The position numbers were made by a program, and so were the translations under genes. Below, in pieces: positions 49,897-58,714 of a DNA stretch of 64,000 bases. Every line of letters starts with the position of its first letter. Position 1 is the stretch's first letter. This DNA comes from Mayamaea pseudoterrestris (Eukaryota), in the NCBI GenBank assembly GCA_027923505.1, contig BROI01000002.1, positions 744,001 to 808,000 of the forward strand, read 5' to 3'. Below the pieces are notes generated by a model. It did not search any database. It saw only the letters and a list, made by a program, of their open reading frames with translations, and was not told the origin of the DNA.

Positions 49897-49910
49897 GGTT
49901 ATTCGTCCCA
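49897..49910 (+). other. Putative primer-binding site GGTTATTCGTCCCA (second copy 51862-51875)
   Basis: Abuts the LTR end and begins GGTTAT, like the half-tRNA(iMet) PBS of Drosophila copia (GGTTATGGGCCCAG). Confidence 0.6.
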
Positions 49911-49965
49911 ATCACGCGCCCTACTGCCGCTACAAAATCTCGTTCTAGACCCCGAGAAAAGCATC

Positions 49966-51612
49966 ATGTCTACCGACAACAACGACACCGACACGGAGCA
50001 GTACTTCGACACTCCTCCTCCTAAACCCCGAGCTGGCTCTCCAACATCTGCTGCAGCTGATCTTGCCACGCTCATCACAGCTCTCAAGTCGATTCCATCC
50101 GACCAGCTTAAGATCCTCCTCCAAGCCGTCCAACCGACCGACGCGTCGTCGCCTGGAGACTCTCCTCCCAAGGATGAAACCTCTATTCCAACGGCCAACG
50201 AATATGTTTCCCTCATTGGTGGTTACCTCGATGCCGAGCGCAAGATTGCCTTCTGTGGAGGCAAACCGAATCTTGACTACACGCTCCCCCAAGTGCTCGA
50301 GGACGACCCGCTCGCCAAGCACATCCCCAAGACGCCAGCTTGTCACCGCGATTTGACAATGAAGCGTGCTGCTCAGGATTACGCCATTCGCATTGCTTTC
50401 AAGCCTTCCATTGGCAAGTTAGAGAAGGCGATGCCGATGTTCGCCTGGGGCGAGCTCATCCTTCGTGCGCTTGAAACGACTGGCGGCGATTCCGTCACTT
50501 ACTCGCTGTCGAGAGACAACAAGACGCGCGTTAGTGTTTGTACCAACTTTGATGTACTCACGCTCGCTCACGTTATCGCTCAAAGCAAGAAGGATGTCGC
50601 CAATTGGCGTCCAATGGACCACGAGAACAGCTCGATGGCGATCGAGTTCGTGTTGAATCACTTGAGCACGGCGATCCAACAGATTGTCGAGCCTCGCCGA
50701 AAGGAAGATGATACCTTCGCTATCTTCTTTATGCGCATCGCTCAAGCCAACGCTGATCTTTCATACGAAGCTGCCGACAAGATGAAGGCAGAGCTCCGTG
50801 CTTACAAATTGACCGACGTTTCCTACCAAGACGTTCACCATTTTGGTGCCAAGTTCCTCAACACTGAGCGCCAGCTTCACAATGGCAAACGCTGGGACCA
50901 CTCCCTTGGATTAATCTTCATTAGAGAGCTCTCCAAGTGTCCTTCGGAAGTTATGCGTGTAACGTTCATTGGCATTGGAGAACGGTACGACACTGCTCTT
51001 CGTGAAATCAATCCCCTCTCCTACGACGAGCAGCGCTCTCGCATGTTCAGTTTAAACGTTCATATCTCCCAGTTGGTTGAACGCGCTGACGATCTTTACG
51101 CTCAGATCAAAGCAGTTGATGGAGGATGGCCTCCGCTTGTCAATATTGTCGACAAGAAAGCGCCCGATATCAACTCGTTGACGAAACTCAGCCACGCCGA
51201 GCAAGCTGCTCTCATCTCAAGCGGCCAAGTTGACATCAACAATCTCGTTCAATCCAAGGTCAAAGAGCTCCGCACAAAGGACAAGAAGCAGTTGGAGGCT
51301 TACAAGAAGCGATTCGCCAAGCAGTCGCCAACTGGCGACACCAAGGCTCCAAACACGACTCCTTCTGGCGATTCCACCAAGACCGCCGAAAAGCGAGCTG
51401 AACGCCCTTTACCAGCATGGCGCACAAAGCCGCCTGCTGCCAACAATAAAGACGAAGTCAAGGAGGTTGGCAAGTACAAGTTCCAGTGGTGCGACAAGTG
51501 CTCCAAGTGGGTGTGGAATCATACGTCTGCAACGCACAAATCCAAGTCGCCCGAGGCAAGAGTCGAAACAATTAAGGTTCAGGCCCTGCCAGTGTCCGTT
51601 TGTTTCGGTTGA
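49966..51612 (+). CDS. gag: Gag copy 1; C-terminal 26 aa replaced by 17 aa read from LTR 2
   Basis: Identical translation to Gag copy 2 up to KSKSPEA, then RVETIKVQALPVSVCFG*. Confidence 0.9.
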   Translation: MSTDNNDTDTEQYFDTPPPKPRAGSPTSAAADLATLITALKSIPSDQLKILLQAVQPTDASSPGDSPPKDETSIPTANEYVSLIGGYLDAERKIAFCGGKPNLDYTLPQVLEDDPLAKHIPKTPACHRDLTMKRAAQDYAIRIAFKPSIGKLEKAMPMFAWGELILRALETTGGDSVTYSLSRDNKTRVSVCTNFDVLTLAHVIAQSKKDVANWRPMDHENSSMAIEFVLNHLSTAIQQIVEPRRKEDDTFAIFFMRIAQANADLSYEAADKMKAELRAYKLTDVSYQDVHHFGAKFLNTERQLHNGKRWDHSLGLIFIRELSKCPSEVMRVTFIGIGERYDTALREINPLSYDEQRSRMFSLNVHISQLVERADDLYAQIKAVDGGWPPLVNIVDKKAPDINSLTKLSHAEQAALISSGQVDINNLVQSKVKELRTKDKKQLEAYKKRFAKQSPTGDTKAPNTTPSGDSTKTAEKRAERPLPAWRTKPPAANNKDEVKEVGKYKFQWCDKCSKWVWNHTSATHKSKSPEARVETIKVQALPVSVCFG

Positions 51613-51861
51613 TCCTCATGGCTGGATATCTGTTAATATCCAGTATCTGTGAATACTCAAGTTACTTAAGCTACAGAAGCAAGCCGACGTTACAAACACG
51701 TCGGCAACGGTCCCCTTAAAGTAGCGGTAACAACTAAATCAAATCATTCTATTGCAAAGTACACGCAATCGTCTCGTTCCCCTCTTCTTACCAAGTTAGC
51801 AGACTGATCATCTCCTACTTGACCAAGTACTCAAGGTAACTCGACACAAGTTGCATTGATA
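51561..51861 (+). repeat. LTR 2 (internal, 301 bp)
   Basis: Same sequence as LTR 1, followed by the same PBS-like sequence. Confidence 0.97.
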
Positions 51862-51930
51862 GGTTATTCGTCCCAATCACGCGCCCTACTGCCGCTACAA
51901 AATCTCGTTCTAGACCCCGAGAAAAGCATC

Positions 51931-53604
51931 ATGTCTACCGACAACAACGACACCGACACGGAGCAGTACTTCGACACTCCTCCTCCTAAACCCCGAGCTG
52001 GCTCTCCAACATCTGCTGCAGCTGATCTTGCCACGCTCATCACAGCTCTCAAGTCGATTCCATCCGACCAGCTTAAGATCCTCCTCCAAGCCGTCCAACC
52101 GACCGACGCGTCGTCGCCTGGAGACTCTCCTCCCAAGGATGAAACCTCTATTCCAACGGCCAACGAATATGTTTCCCTCATTGGTGGTTACCTCGATGCC
52201 GAGCGCAAGATTGCCTTCTGTGGAGGCAAACCGAATCTTGACTACACGCTCCCCCAAGTGCTCGAGGACGACCCGCTCGCCAAGCACATCCCCAAGACGC
52301 CAGCTTGTCACCGCGATTTGACAATGAAGCGTGCTGCTCAGGATTACGCCATTCGCATTGCTTTCAAGCCTTCCATTGGCAAGTTAGAGAAGGCGATGCC
52401 GATGTTCGCCTGGGGCGAGCTCATCCTTCGTGCGCTTGAAACGACTGGCGGCGATTCCGTCACTTACTCGCTGTCGAGAGACAACAAGACGCGCGTTAGT
52501 GTTTGTACCAACTTTGATGTACTCACGCTCGCTCACGTTATCGCTCAAAGCAAGAAGGATGTCGCCAATTGGCGTCCAATGGACCACGAGAACAGCTCGA
52601 TGGCGATCGAGTTCGTGTTGAATCACTTGAGCACGGCGATCCAACAGATTGTCGAGCCTCGCCGAAAGGAAGATGATACCTTCGCTATCTTCTTTATGCG
52701 CATCGCTCAAGCCAACGCTGATCTTTCATACGAAGCTGCCGACAAGATGAAGGCAGAGCTCCGTGCTTACAAATTGACCGACGTTTCCTACCAAGACGTT
52801 CACCATTTTGGTGCCAAGTTCCTCAACACTGAGCGCCAGCTTCACAATGGCAAACGCTGGGACCACTCCCTTGGATTAATCTTCATTAGAGAGCTCTCCA
52901 AGTGTCCTTCGGAAGTTATGCGTGTAACGTTCATTGGCATTGGAGAACGGTACGACACTGCTCTTCGTGAAATCAATCCCCTCTCCTACGACGAGCAGCG
53001 CTCTCGCATGTTCAGTTTAAACGTTCATATCTCCCAGTTGGTTGAACGCGCTGACGATCTTTACGCTCAGATCAAAGCAGTTGATGGAGGATGGCCTCCG
53101 CTTGTCAATATTGTCGACAAGAAAGCGCCCGATATCAACTCGTTGACGAAACTCAGCCACGCCGAGCAAGCTGCTCTCATCTCAAGCGGCCAAGTTGACA
53201 TCAACAATCTCGTTCAATCCAAGGTCAAAGAGCTCCGCACAAAGGACAAGAAGCAGTTGGAGGCTTACAAGAAGCGATTCGCCAAGCAGTCGCCAACTGG
53301 CGACACCAAGGCTCCAAACACGACTCCTTCTGGCGATTCCACCAAGACCGCCGAAAAGCGAGCTGAACGCCCTTTACCAGCATGGCGCACAAAGCCGCCT
53401 GCTGCCAACAATAAAGACGAAGTCAAGGAGGTTGGCAAGTACAAGTTCCAGTGGTGCGACAAGTGCTCCAAGTGGGTGTGGAATCATACGTCTGCAACGC
53501 ACAAATCCAAGTCGCCCGAGGCAAACAACTTCATTCTTGCCGACTCCGCCAACGTGTTTGAAGAATTCACCGACTACGCTCCCTTCGCTGACAGTCAGGA
53601 ATGA
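51931..53604 (+). CDS. gag: Gag copy 2 (complete) with CCHH zinc-knuckle variant
   Basis: ORF between PBS and pol; WCDKCSKWVWNHTSATH; ends GAA TGA CTT. Confidence 0.9.
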   Translation: MSTDNNDTDTEQYFDTPPPKPRAGSPTSAAADLATLITALKSIPSDQLKILLQAVQPTDASSPGDSPPKDETSIPTANEYVSLIGGYLDAERKIAFCGGKPNLDYTLPQVLEDDPLAKHIPKTPACHRDLTMKRAAQDYAIRIAFKPSIGKLEKAMPMFAWGELILRALETTGGDSVTYSLSRDNKTRVSVCTNFDVLTLAHVIAQSKKDVANWRPMDHENSSMAIEFVLNHLSTAIQQIVEPRRKEDDTFAIFFMRIAQANADLSYEAADKMKAELRAYKLTDVSYQDVHHFGAKFLNTERQLHNGKRWDHSLGLIFIRELSKCPSEVMRVTFIGIGERYDTALREINPLSYDEQRSRMFSLNVHISQLVERADDLYAQIKAVDGGWPPLVNIVDKKAPDINSLTKLSHAEQAALISSGQVDINNLVQSKVKELRTKDKKQLEAYKKRFAKQSPTGDTKAPNTTPSGDSTKTAEKRAERPLPAWRTKPPAANNKDEVKEVGKYKFQWCDKCSKWVWNHTSATHKSKSPEANNFILADSANVFEEFTDYAPFADSQE

Positions 53605-56600
53605 CTTGAATGCGGAAGGACGCCGCCTCTTCTTCTCTTTGTTCAAGCGTTTTGTTTCAAGACTGCCTTCGCCCGGTTCATCCTCAAGCCCGTCGCCGCC
53701 ATGCTCCTCTTGGCTGCACTGAGTATGCTTCCTACCGTCCTACCGGCCGTCCTTGAATCAGTTTGCGCTTGCGCATTGAGTGGACTTGCGCTCAATCAAT
53801 GGTTCTGGTCTTCGACTCTCGCCAACGCCTCTTCGTTTGCTTGCAATGCGCTCAGTCTTTCGCGCGCTGCGCTCGCTCTTCCAACGTTTCTTCGCTGGTT
53901 TTGGTTTGAGTTACTTACGACTACGCTCGAGAGGGAGATGATGTTGCTGTGGATGACAGTTATCCTCGAAGCATTAGCTCTTTCCTATCACCTTTCTCCG
54001 AGTCGCCCCCAACCAACTAGAGACAAGCTCCGTCAAAAACAAAAACACTACGACAAACGCAAGAACTCTACTGACGAACGTCAACTTTCCGTCCAATCAA
54101 AACGTCGCATTCGCCAACAGAAACGATTGAAAAGAACGCTCCGTGTCCCACTCATCTATAGCTATCACCGTTCCTATCCAACAAGATTGCGCAGCGACGG
54201 CATCTATCGTCAAAGAGTCCATTGCCCTCGTTTCGAGACCCTTCCAGACGCCAAGACTGTTCCCATTGAAGTCATTAAGGGGTACAATGGCTTGTTTACG
54301 ACCCTCGTCGAGTCCAAGGCATGCCGATGGTTCGACAATCCCATCTCCCAATTTAATTCCCTCGTCGAGTACCCCAGCCTCATGGACTACCTTGGCGCGC
54401 TCGCTCCTCTCGAGTTTAACAACGTTACCTTCCAAGCAGACTCTACAGTCAATGACTTTGCATTCTCTCCAAGCAATGCTGCTCGATCCTCCACGTTCGA
54501 AATCATTCACGACAGCGGCGCTTCTGCAACCGTCGCCAATCACTTGGATGACTTCGTCCCTGGTACTTACCGCAAAAGCACAAAGAAGATCATTGCAAAA
54601 GGACTCGCATCTGGATTGCAAGTGGTCGGCCATGGCATAATTGACTGGACTCTTGATGGCAACGACGGCAAGCCGCTACGAGTCCGTTGCCAAGCTCTCT
54701 ACATTCCCGACAGTCCGCGCAAGTTACTGTGCCCTCAACAGTACACGCGATACCACAAGCTACACGATCGCGAGGCGAATTTAACGTTTGCTATTAATGG
54801 AGAAGGATTCTGGTACTTTGATCTACACAAACAAGGACGCCCGTCCCTTCTTCACGGCTCGCTCGATCCAGTCACCAACCTACCGACTTCTACAGCAATT
54901 GCAACTCAAGATAGCCCTGAAACACTTCATGCTGAGTTTAATGCATGTGTAACAGACGCTCGAAACGCCAACCTGTCGCCCGCTCAAAAGCTCCTTCTTC
55001 AATGGCATTTCAAGTGCGGCCACGCCAGCTTCCGCAGCATTCAAAACCTTCTACGCTCTGGTCGCCTCGCTACAAGCGATGAGATGCGCAAGCTCCATAA
55101 AGCAGCAGCCTCCTGTGAGATCCCGCGGTGCGCTGCTTGCGAATTTGGAAAGGCAAAACGTCGACCCGCGCCCGGAACGAGTCGTCAACCAACGCCTCGA
55201 GCCGATGGATCGCTCAAGCAAGGAAAGCTTCGACCAGGACAACAAGTCTCCGTTGATCACTACATCTGCAGTCAAAAGGGACGCCTCTATACGTCTCGCG
55301 GCAAAACGTCGACCGACTCAATGTTCAGCGGCGGCGCGCTCTTTGTTGACCACGCAAGTGGATACGTCTTCGTCGACCATCAAGTTGTTATGAACACTCA
55401 TGAAACTCTTCGCTCCAAGTGGAACTTTGAAAAGGTTGCAAGGGATTGCGGCGTTTCAATTGAAAGCTACTTGTCTGATAACGCTGCGTGTTTCACCAGT
55501 CACGAGTACACCGAGCATCTTTCCAAATTCAAGCAGACGACTGTCTTTGCAGGCGTCGGCGCCCATCATCAAAACGGAATAGCAGAACGAAACATTCAAA
55601 CCATTATGAATATGGCAAGAACGATGCTTATCCATGCTAACATGCACTGGACTGACGTTGATGACATGTCGCTCTGGCCGATGGCCGTCGACTACGCAGT
55701 TTACATCTTCAATCGCATGCCAAACGTCGCTACTGGCCAAGCTCCCATTGACATCTTTACTGGTACCATCTGGGCAAGTCACAAGTTCCATCACCTCCAC
55801 GTTTTTGGATCGCCCGCCTACGTTCTTGATCCTCGCATGCAAGACGGCAAGTCCATTCCTCGTTGGAAAGTGCGCTCACGCCGCGGGATCTTTGTCGGCT
55901 TCTCCAGCAAGCACTCAGCTACCGTTCCACTTGTCCTCAATCTGAATACATTAACAATCAGTCCTCAGTATCACGTTACGCATGACGATTGGTTTACTAC
56001 AGTTGACGCTCTTCCTGATTCGCCTCCCAATTTTACGGACGACAGATGGACGAGTCTCTTTGCGACAAGCAAGTACATCTATCCGTTCGACGACGATGAC
56101 CCCCTTCCTGCTCTCAATCCTGAGTGGGAGGACAACTTTGATGCCTCAGCTGCTCGCCAAGACGCTATCCATGCAGCACAGACTCCTTCTACTGCTCCAG
56201 TTTTACCTGCTCCCGCCGCTCCGCCAGCGGTTGCTCCAGTTCCTTCCAATGATTCTCCGCCCGTCACAGACGCTCCGCCTACGAATCAGAGGGAGACAAG
56301 GCCTCCTGAAATTCATTCGCCTCACGAAACTACAGAACCACAGCTTCAGAGGGAGCAGAGGGAGCAATTAGACTACATTGATGGCAATCCTTTGCGCTCG
56401 TCCGCACCTACACCGCGTGTCGCAGCCGATGTCACAGTCAATCCCAGTCCACCAAACGCATCAAACGAGTCCACGATCCTGACGACAGCTCCCACGCTCG
56501 CACAACAACCACAACAACAAGCAAGTGATCCTCCTTTACGACGCTCTGCACGTTTACGTGATCGACCACCTGAGCCAGTCATTACTCGAGCTCAGAGACT

Positions 56601-58293
56601 CCGTCATGCTCGCGACGAAATGATTGAAACCAATATGCTGTTAGCAGAGCATGCGCACGCGGAATACCCTTACTCAATTGGTTTAACGCAAGTGCTACTC
56701 GCCTCGACGAACGATCCCGACACACTCCGCTACGATGAAGCGATGCGCGCTGATGACTCTGAAGAGTTCAGGAAAGCCGCAGGAATAGAGATCAAGTCGC
56801 TCGAAGACCATGGAACATGGGTTGTCATACCAAGGACCAAGGTTCCTCAAGGAAAGCAAATCATCCCCGGCACATGGACCTTTCGCCGCAAGCGAACGCC
56901 CAGCGGTGAGCTTAAGAAACACAAAGCTCGCTTCTGCGTTCGAGGAGACCTACAGAAGGACGTATTCGAAACGTTTGCACCAGTCGTTCAATGGAGCACC
57001 GTTCGTGTCCTCATGGTATTCGCCTTGACGTTCGGCTACAAAACCAAGTGCATTGATTTCACCAACGCTTTCGTGCAAGCAGAACTAAAGGATCCAATCT
57101 ACATTCAATTCCCTCGCGGCTTTCAACACAAAGACGGTCATCAATCAAGCGATTACTGTTTAAAGTTGCTCAAGTCGTGCTACGGAACGAAGATCGCCCC
57201 AAAGCTCTTCTACGAACACTTACGCGACCGACTCGTCGAGCTCGGGTTCACTCAAAGCTTCTTCGATCCCTGTCTCTTCTACCGCAATGGACAAATCATC
57301 GCCTGTTACGTTGACGATTGCATCTGCGTCGCCCGTACCGACAAGGAGCTACAGACCATCATCGACGACCTTCGCTCCAAGTTCACGCTCACCGAAGAAG
57401 GCGATCTCAGTCAATATCTTGGCATTGATATAAAGCGCTCTGGCAAGTCTTTCACGCTCACTCAAACGGGTCTGATTGACAGTATCATTCAAGCTACTGG
57501 AATGGAGGCTGCTAACGGAGTCTTCACGCCCGCCAACGACACGCTCGGCAAGAACGCCGATTTACCTGATCATCAAGAGAGCTGGAGCTACAACTCGCTA
57601 ATCGGCAAGCTTCTTTATCTCGCTGGTAACTCGCGTCCTGATATTGCTTTCGCTGTCAATCAATGCGCAAGATTCAATCACTGTCCTAAAAAGCCACACT
57701 TTGACGCCGTTAAACGCATCGTCCGCTATCTCATCAAGACTCGTGAACAAGGACTCATCATGACGCCCGAAGGCAACCTCACGGTTGACTGTTACGTTGA
57801 TGCCGACTTTGCTGGTTTATATGGAAAGGAAGACGGTCAAGACCCAGTGTGCGCTCAATCCCGTACCGGATACCTCATTATGCTCGGTGGCTGCCCCGTC
57901 TTTTGGCAAAGCAAGCTACAAACCGAAATTGCTCTATCTACAATGGAATCCGAGTACGTTGCTCTTTCTTCAAGTCTTCGCCAAGTCATTCCTATCCAAG
58001 CAATCGTCAAGGAAATGGGAAACAAAATGAAGCAACGCATTCAAGTAAACGCGCGCTCCTACTGCACCGTTTACGAAGACAACGCAGGCTGCCTCGCGCT
58101 CGCCAATGCCCCTCATCTAACGCCTCGCTCTCGCCATTACGCTACTAAGTATCACCACTTTAAGCACCACGTAAAGCAGGGCACGATCAAAGTCGTTAAG
58201 ATTGATACCAAGGAGCAACGAGCCGATATCTTTACAAAGGCGCTGCCCCAAGTCACATTCGAGCACCTCCGCCGTCTCCTTATGGGATGGTAA
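53605..58293 (+). CDS. pol: Pol (hydrophobic/basic spacer - protease - integrase - RT - RNase H); open in the gag frame directly after the gag UGA (first ATG 53701)
   Basis: PR HDSGAS. IN WHFKCGH..CAAC, VSVDH, LSDNA, NGIAER. RT KHKARFCVRG, CIDFTNAFVQ, YVDD. RH YVDADFAG, ESEY, EDN, ADIFTK. Confidence 0.97.
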   Translation, partial: LECGRTPPLLLFVQAFCFKTAFARFILKPVAAMLLLAALSMLPTVLPAVLESVCACALSGLALNQWFWSSTLANASSFACNALSLSRAALALPTFLRWFWFELLTTTLEREMMLLWMTVILEALALSYHLSPSRPQPTRDKLRQKQKHYDKRKNSTDERQLSVQSKRRIRQQKRLKRTLRVPLIYSYHRSYPTRLRSDGIYRQRVHCPRFETLPDAKTVPIEVIKGYNGLFTTLVESKACRWFDNPISQFNSLVEYPSLMDYLGALAPLEFNNVTFQADSTVNDFAFSPSNAARSSTFEIIHDSGASATVANHLDDFVPGTYRKSTKKIIAKGLASGLQVVGHGIIDWTLDGNDGKPLRVRCQALYIPDSPRKLLCPQQYTRYHKLHDREANLTFAINGEGFWYFDLHKQGRPSLLHGSLDPVTNLPTSTAIATQDSPETLHAEFNACVTDARNANLSPAQKLLLQWHFKCGHASFRSIQNLLRSGRLATSDEMRKLHKAAASCEIPRCAACEFGKAKRRPAPGTSRQPTPRADGSLKQGKLRPGQQVSVDHYICSQKGRLYTSRGKTSTDSMFSGGALFVDHASGYVFVDHQVVMNTHETLRSKWNFEKVARDCGVSIESYLSDNAACFTSHEYTEHLSKFKQTTVFAGVGAHHQNGIAERNIQTIMNMARTMLIHANMHWTDVDDMSLWPMAVDYAVYIFNRMPNVATGQAPIDIFTGTIWASHKFHHLHVFGSPAYVLDPRMQDGKSIPRWKVRSRRGIFVGFSSKHSATVPLVLNLNTLTISPQYHVTHDDWFTTVDALPDSPPNFTDDRWTSLFATSKYIYPFDDDDPLPALNPEWEDNFDASAARQDAIHAAQTPSTAPVLPAPAAPPAVAPVPSNDSPPVTDAPPTNQRETRPPEIHSPHETTEPQLQREQREQLDYIDGNPLRSSAPTPRVAADVTVNPSPPNASNESTILTTAPTLAQQPQQQASDPPLRRSARLRDRPPEPVITRAQRLRHARDEMIETNMLLAEHAHAEYPYSIGLTQVLLASTNDPDTLRYDEAMRADDSEEFRKAAGIEIKSLEDHGTWVVIPRTKVPQGKQIIPGTWTFRRKRTPSGELKKHKARFCVRGDLQKDVFETFAPVVQWSTVRVLMVFALTFGYKTKCIDFTNAFVQAELKDPIYIQFPRGFQHKDGHQSSDYCLKLLKSCYGTKIAPKLFYEHLRDRLVELGFTQSFFDPCLFYRNGQIIACYVDDCICVARTDKELQTIIDDLRSKFTLTEEGDLSQYLGIDIKRSGKSFTLTQTGLIDSIIQATGMEAANGVFTPANDTLGKNADLPDHQESWSYNSLIGKLLYLAGNSRPDIAFAVNQCARFNHCPKKPHFDAVKRIVRYLIKTREQGLIMTPEGNLTVDCYVDADFAGLYGKEDGQDPVCAQSRTGYLIMLGGCPVFWQSKLQTEIALSTMESEYVALSSSLRQVIPIQAIVKEMGNKMKQRIQVNARSYCTVYEDNAGCLALANAPHLTPRSRHYATKYHHFKHHVKQGTIKVVKIDTKEQRADIFTKALPQVTFEHLRRLLMGW

Positions 58294-58341
58294 GTTGCTC
58301 ATCTTCTCTGTTATTTGTCTCTATGTCTATAACATCGATCC

Positions 58342-58350
58342 AAGAGGGAG
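58342..58350 (+). other. Polypurine tract AAGAGGGAG
   Basis: Immediately 5' of LTR 3. Confidence 0.85.
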
Positions 58351-58651
58351 AGTCGAAACAATTAAGGTTCAGGCCCTGCCAGTGTCCGTTTGTTTCGGTT
58401 GATCCTCATGGCTGGATATCTGTTAATATCCAGTATCTGTGAATACTCAAGTTACTTAAGCTACAAAAGCAAGCCGACGTTACAAACACGTCGGCAACGG
58501 TCCCCTTAAAGTAGCGGTAACAACTAAATCAAATCATTCTATTGCAAAGTACACGCAATCGTCTCGTTCCCCTCTTCTTACCAAGTTAGCAGACTGATCA
58601 TCTCCTACTTGACCAAGTACTCAAGGTAACTCGACACAAGTTGCATTGATA
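58351..58651 (+). repeat. LTR 3 (301 bp)
   Basis: Differs from LTR 1/2 at one position seen (A at 58466 vs G at 49711 and 51676); followed by TSD CGCCG. Confidence 0.97.
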
Positions 58652-58714
58652 CGCCGCTGCTGCGTGCCATTTCCATATCGGTAGTCAACTGCAGAAAGGA
58701 TTTCAGACATCATC

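Larger units (their letters stand above)
49596..58651 (+). mobile_element. Ty1/copia (diatom CoDi-like) LTR retrotransposon with three LTRs: LTR-gag-LTR-gag-pol-LTR
   Basis: 5-bp TSD CGCCG at 49591-49595 and 58652-58656; three 301-bp direct repeats; domain order PR-IN-RT-RH; PBS-like and PPT signals. Confidence 0.98.

Noticed and set aside
51550..51570. Gag-only unit as a reverse-transcribed spliced gag mRNA
   Set aside because: The missing segment would start ACAAC.. (53525), not GT/GC, so the junction does not follow splice rules.
53602..53604. UGA as a selenocysteine codon
   Set aside because: It sits at the Gag/Pol boundary rather than in a redox motif, and I cannot identify a SECIS element by eye. 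Ordinary readthrough is the simpler reading.
58294..58350. env-like ORF after pol
   Set aside because: Only 57 bp separate the pol stop from LTR3.
51561..58651. Nested insertion of one copy into another
   Set aside because: There is no TSD around LTR2..LTR3 and no remainder of the first element after LTR3. The only TSD encloses the whole array.
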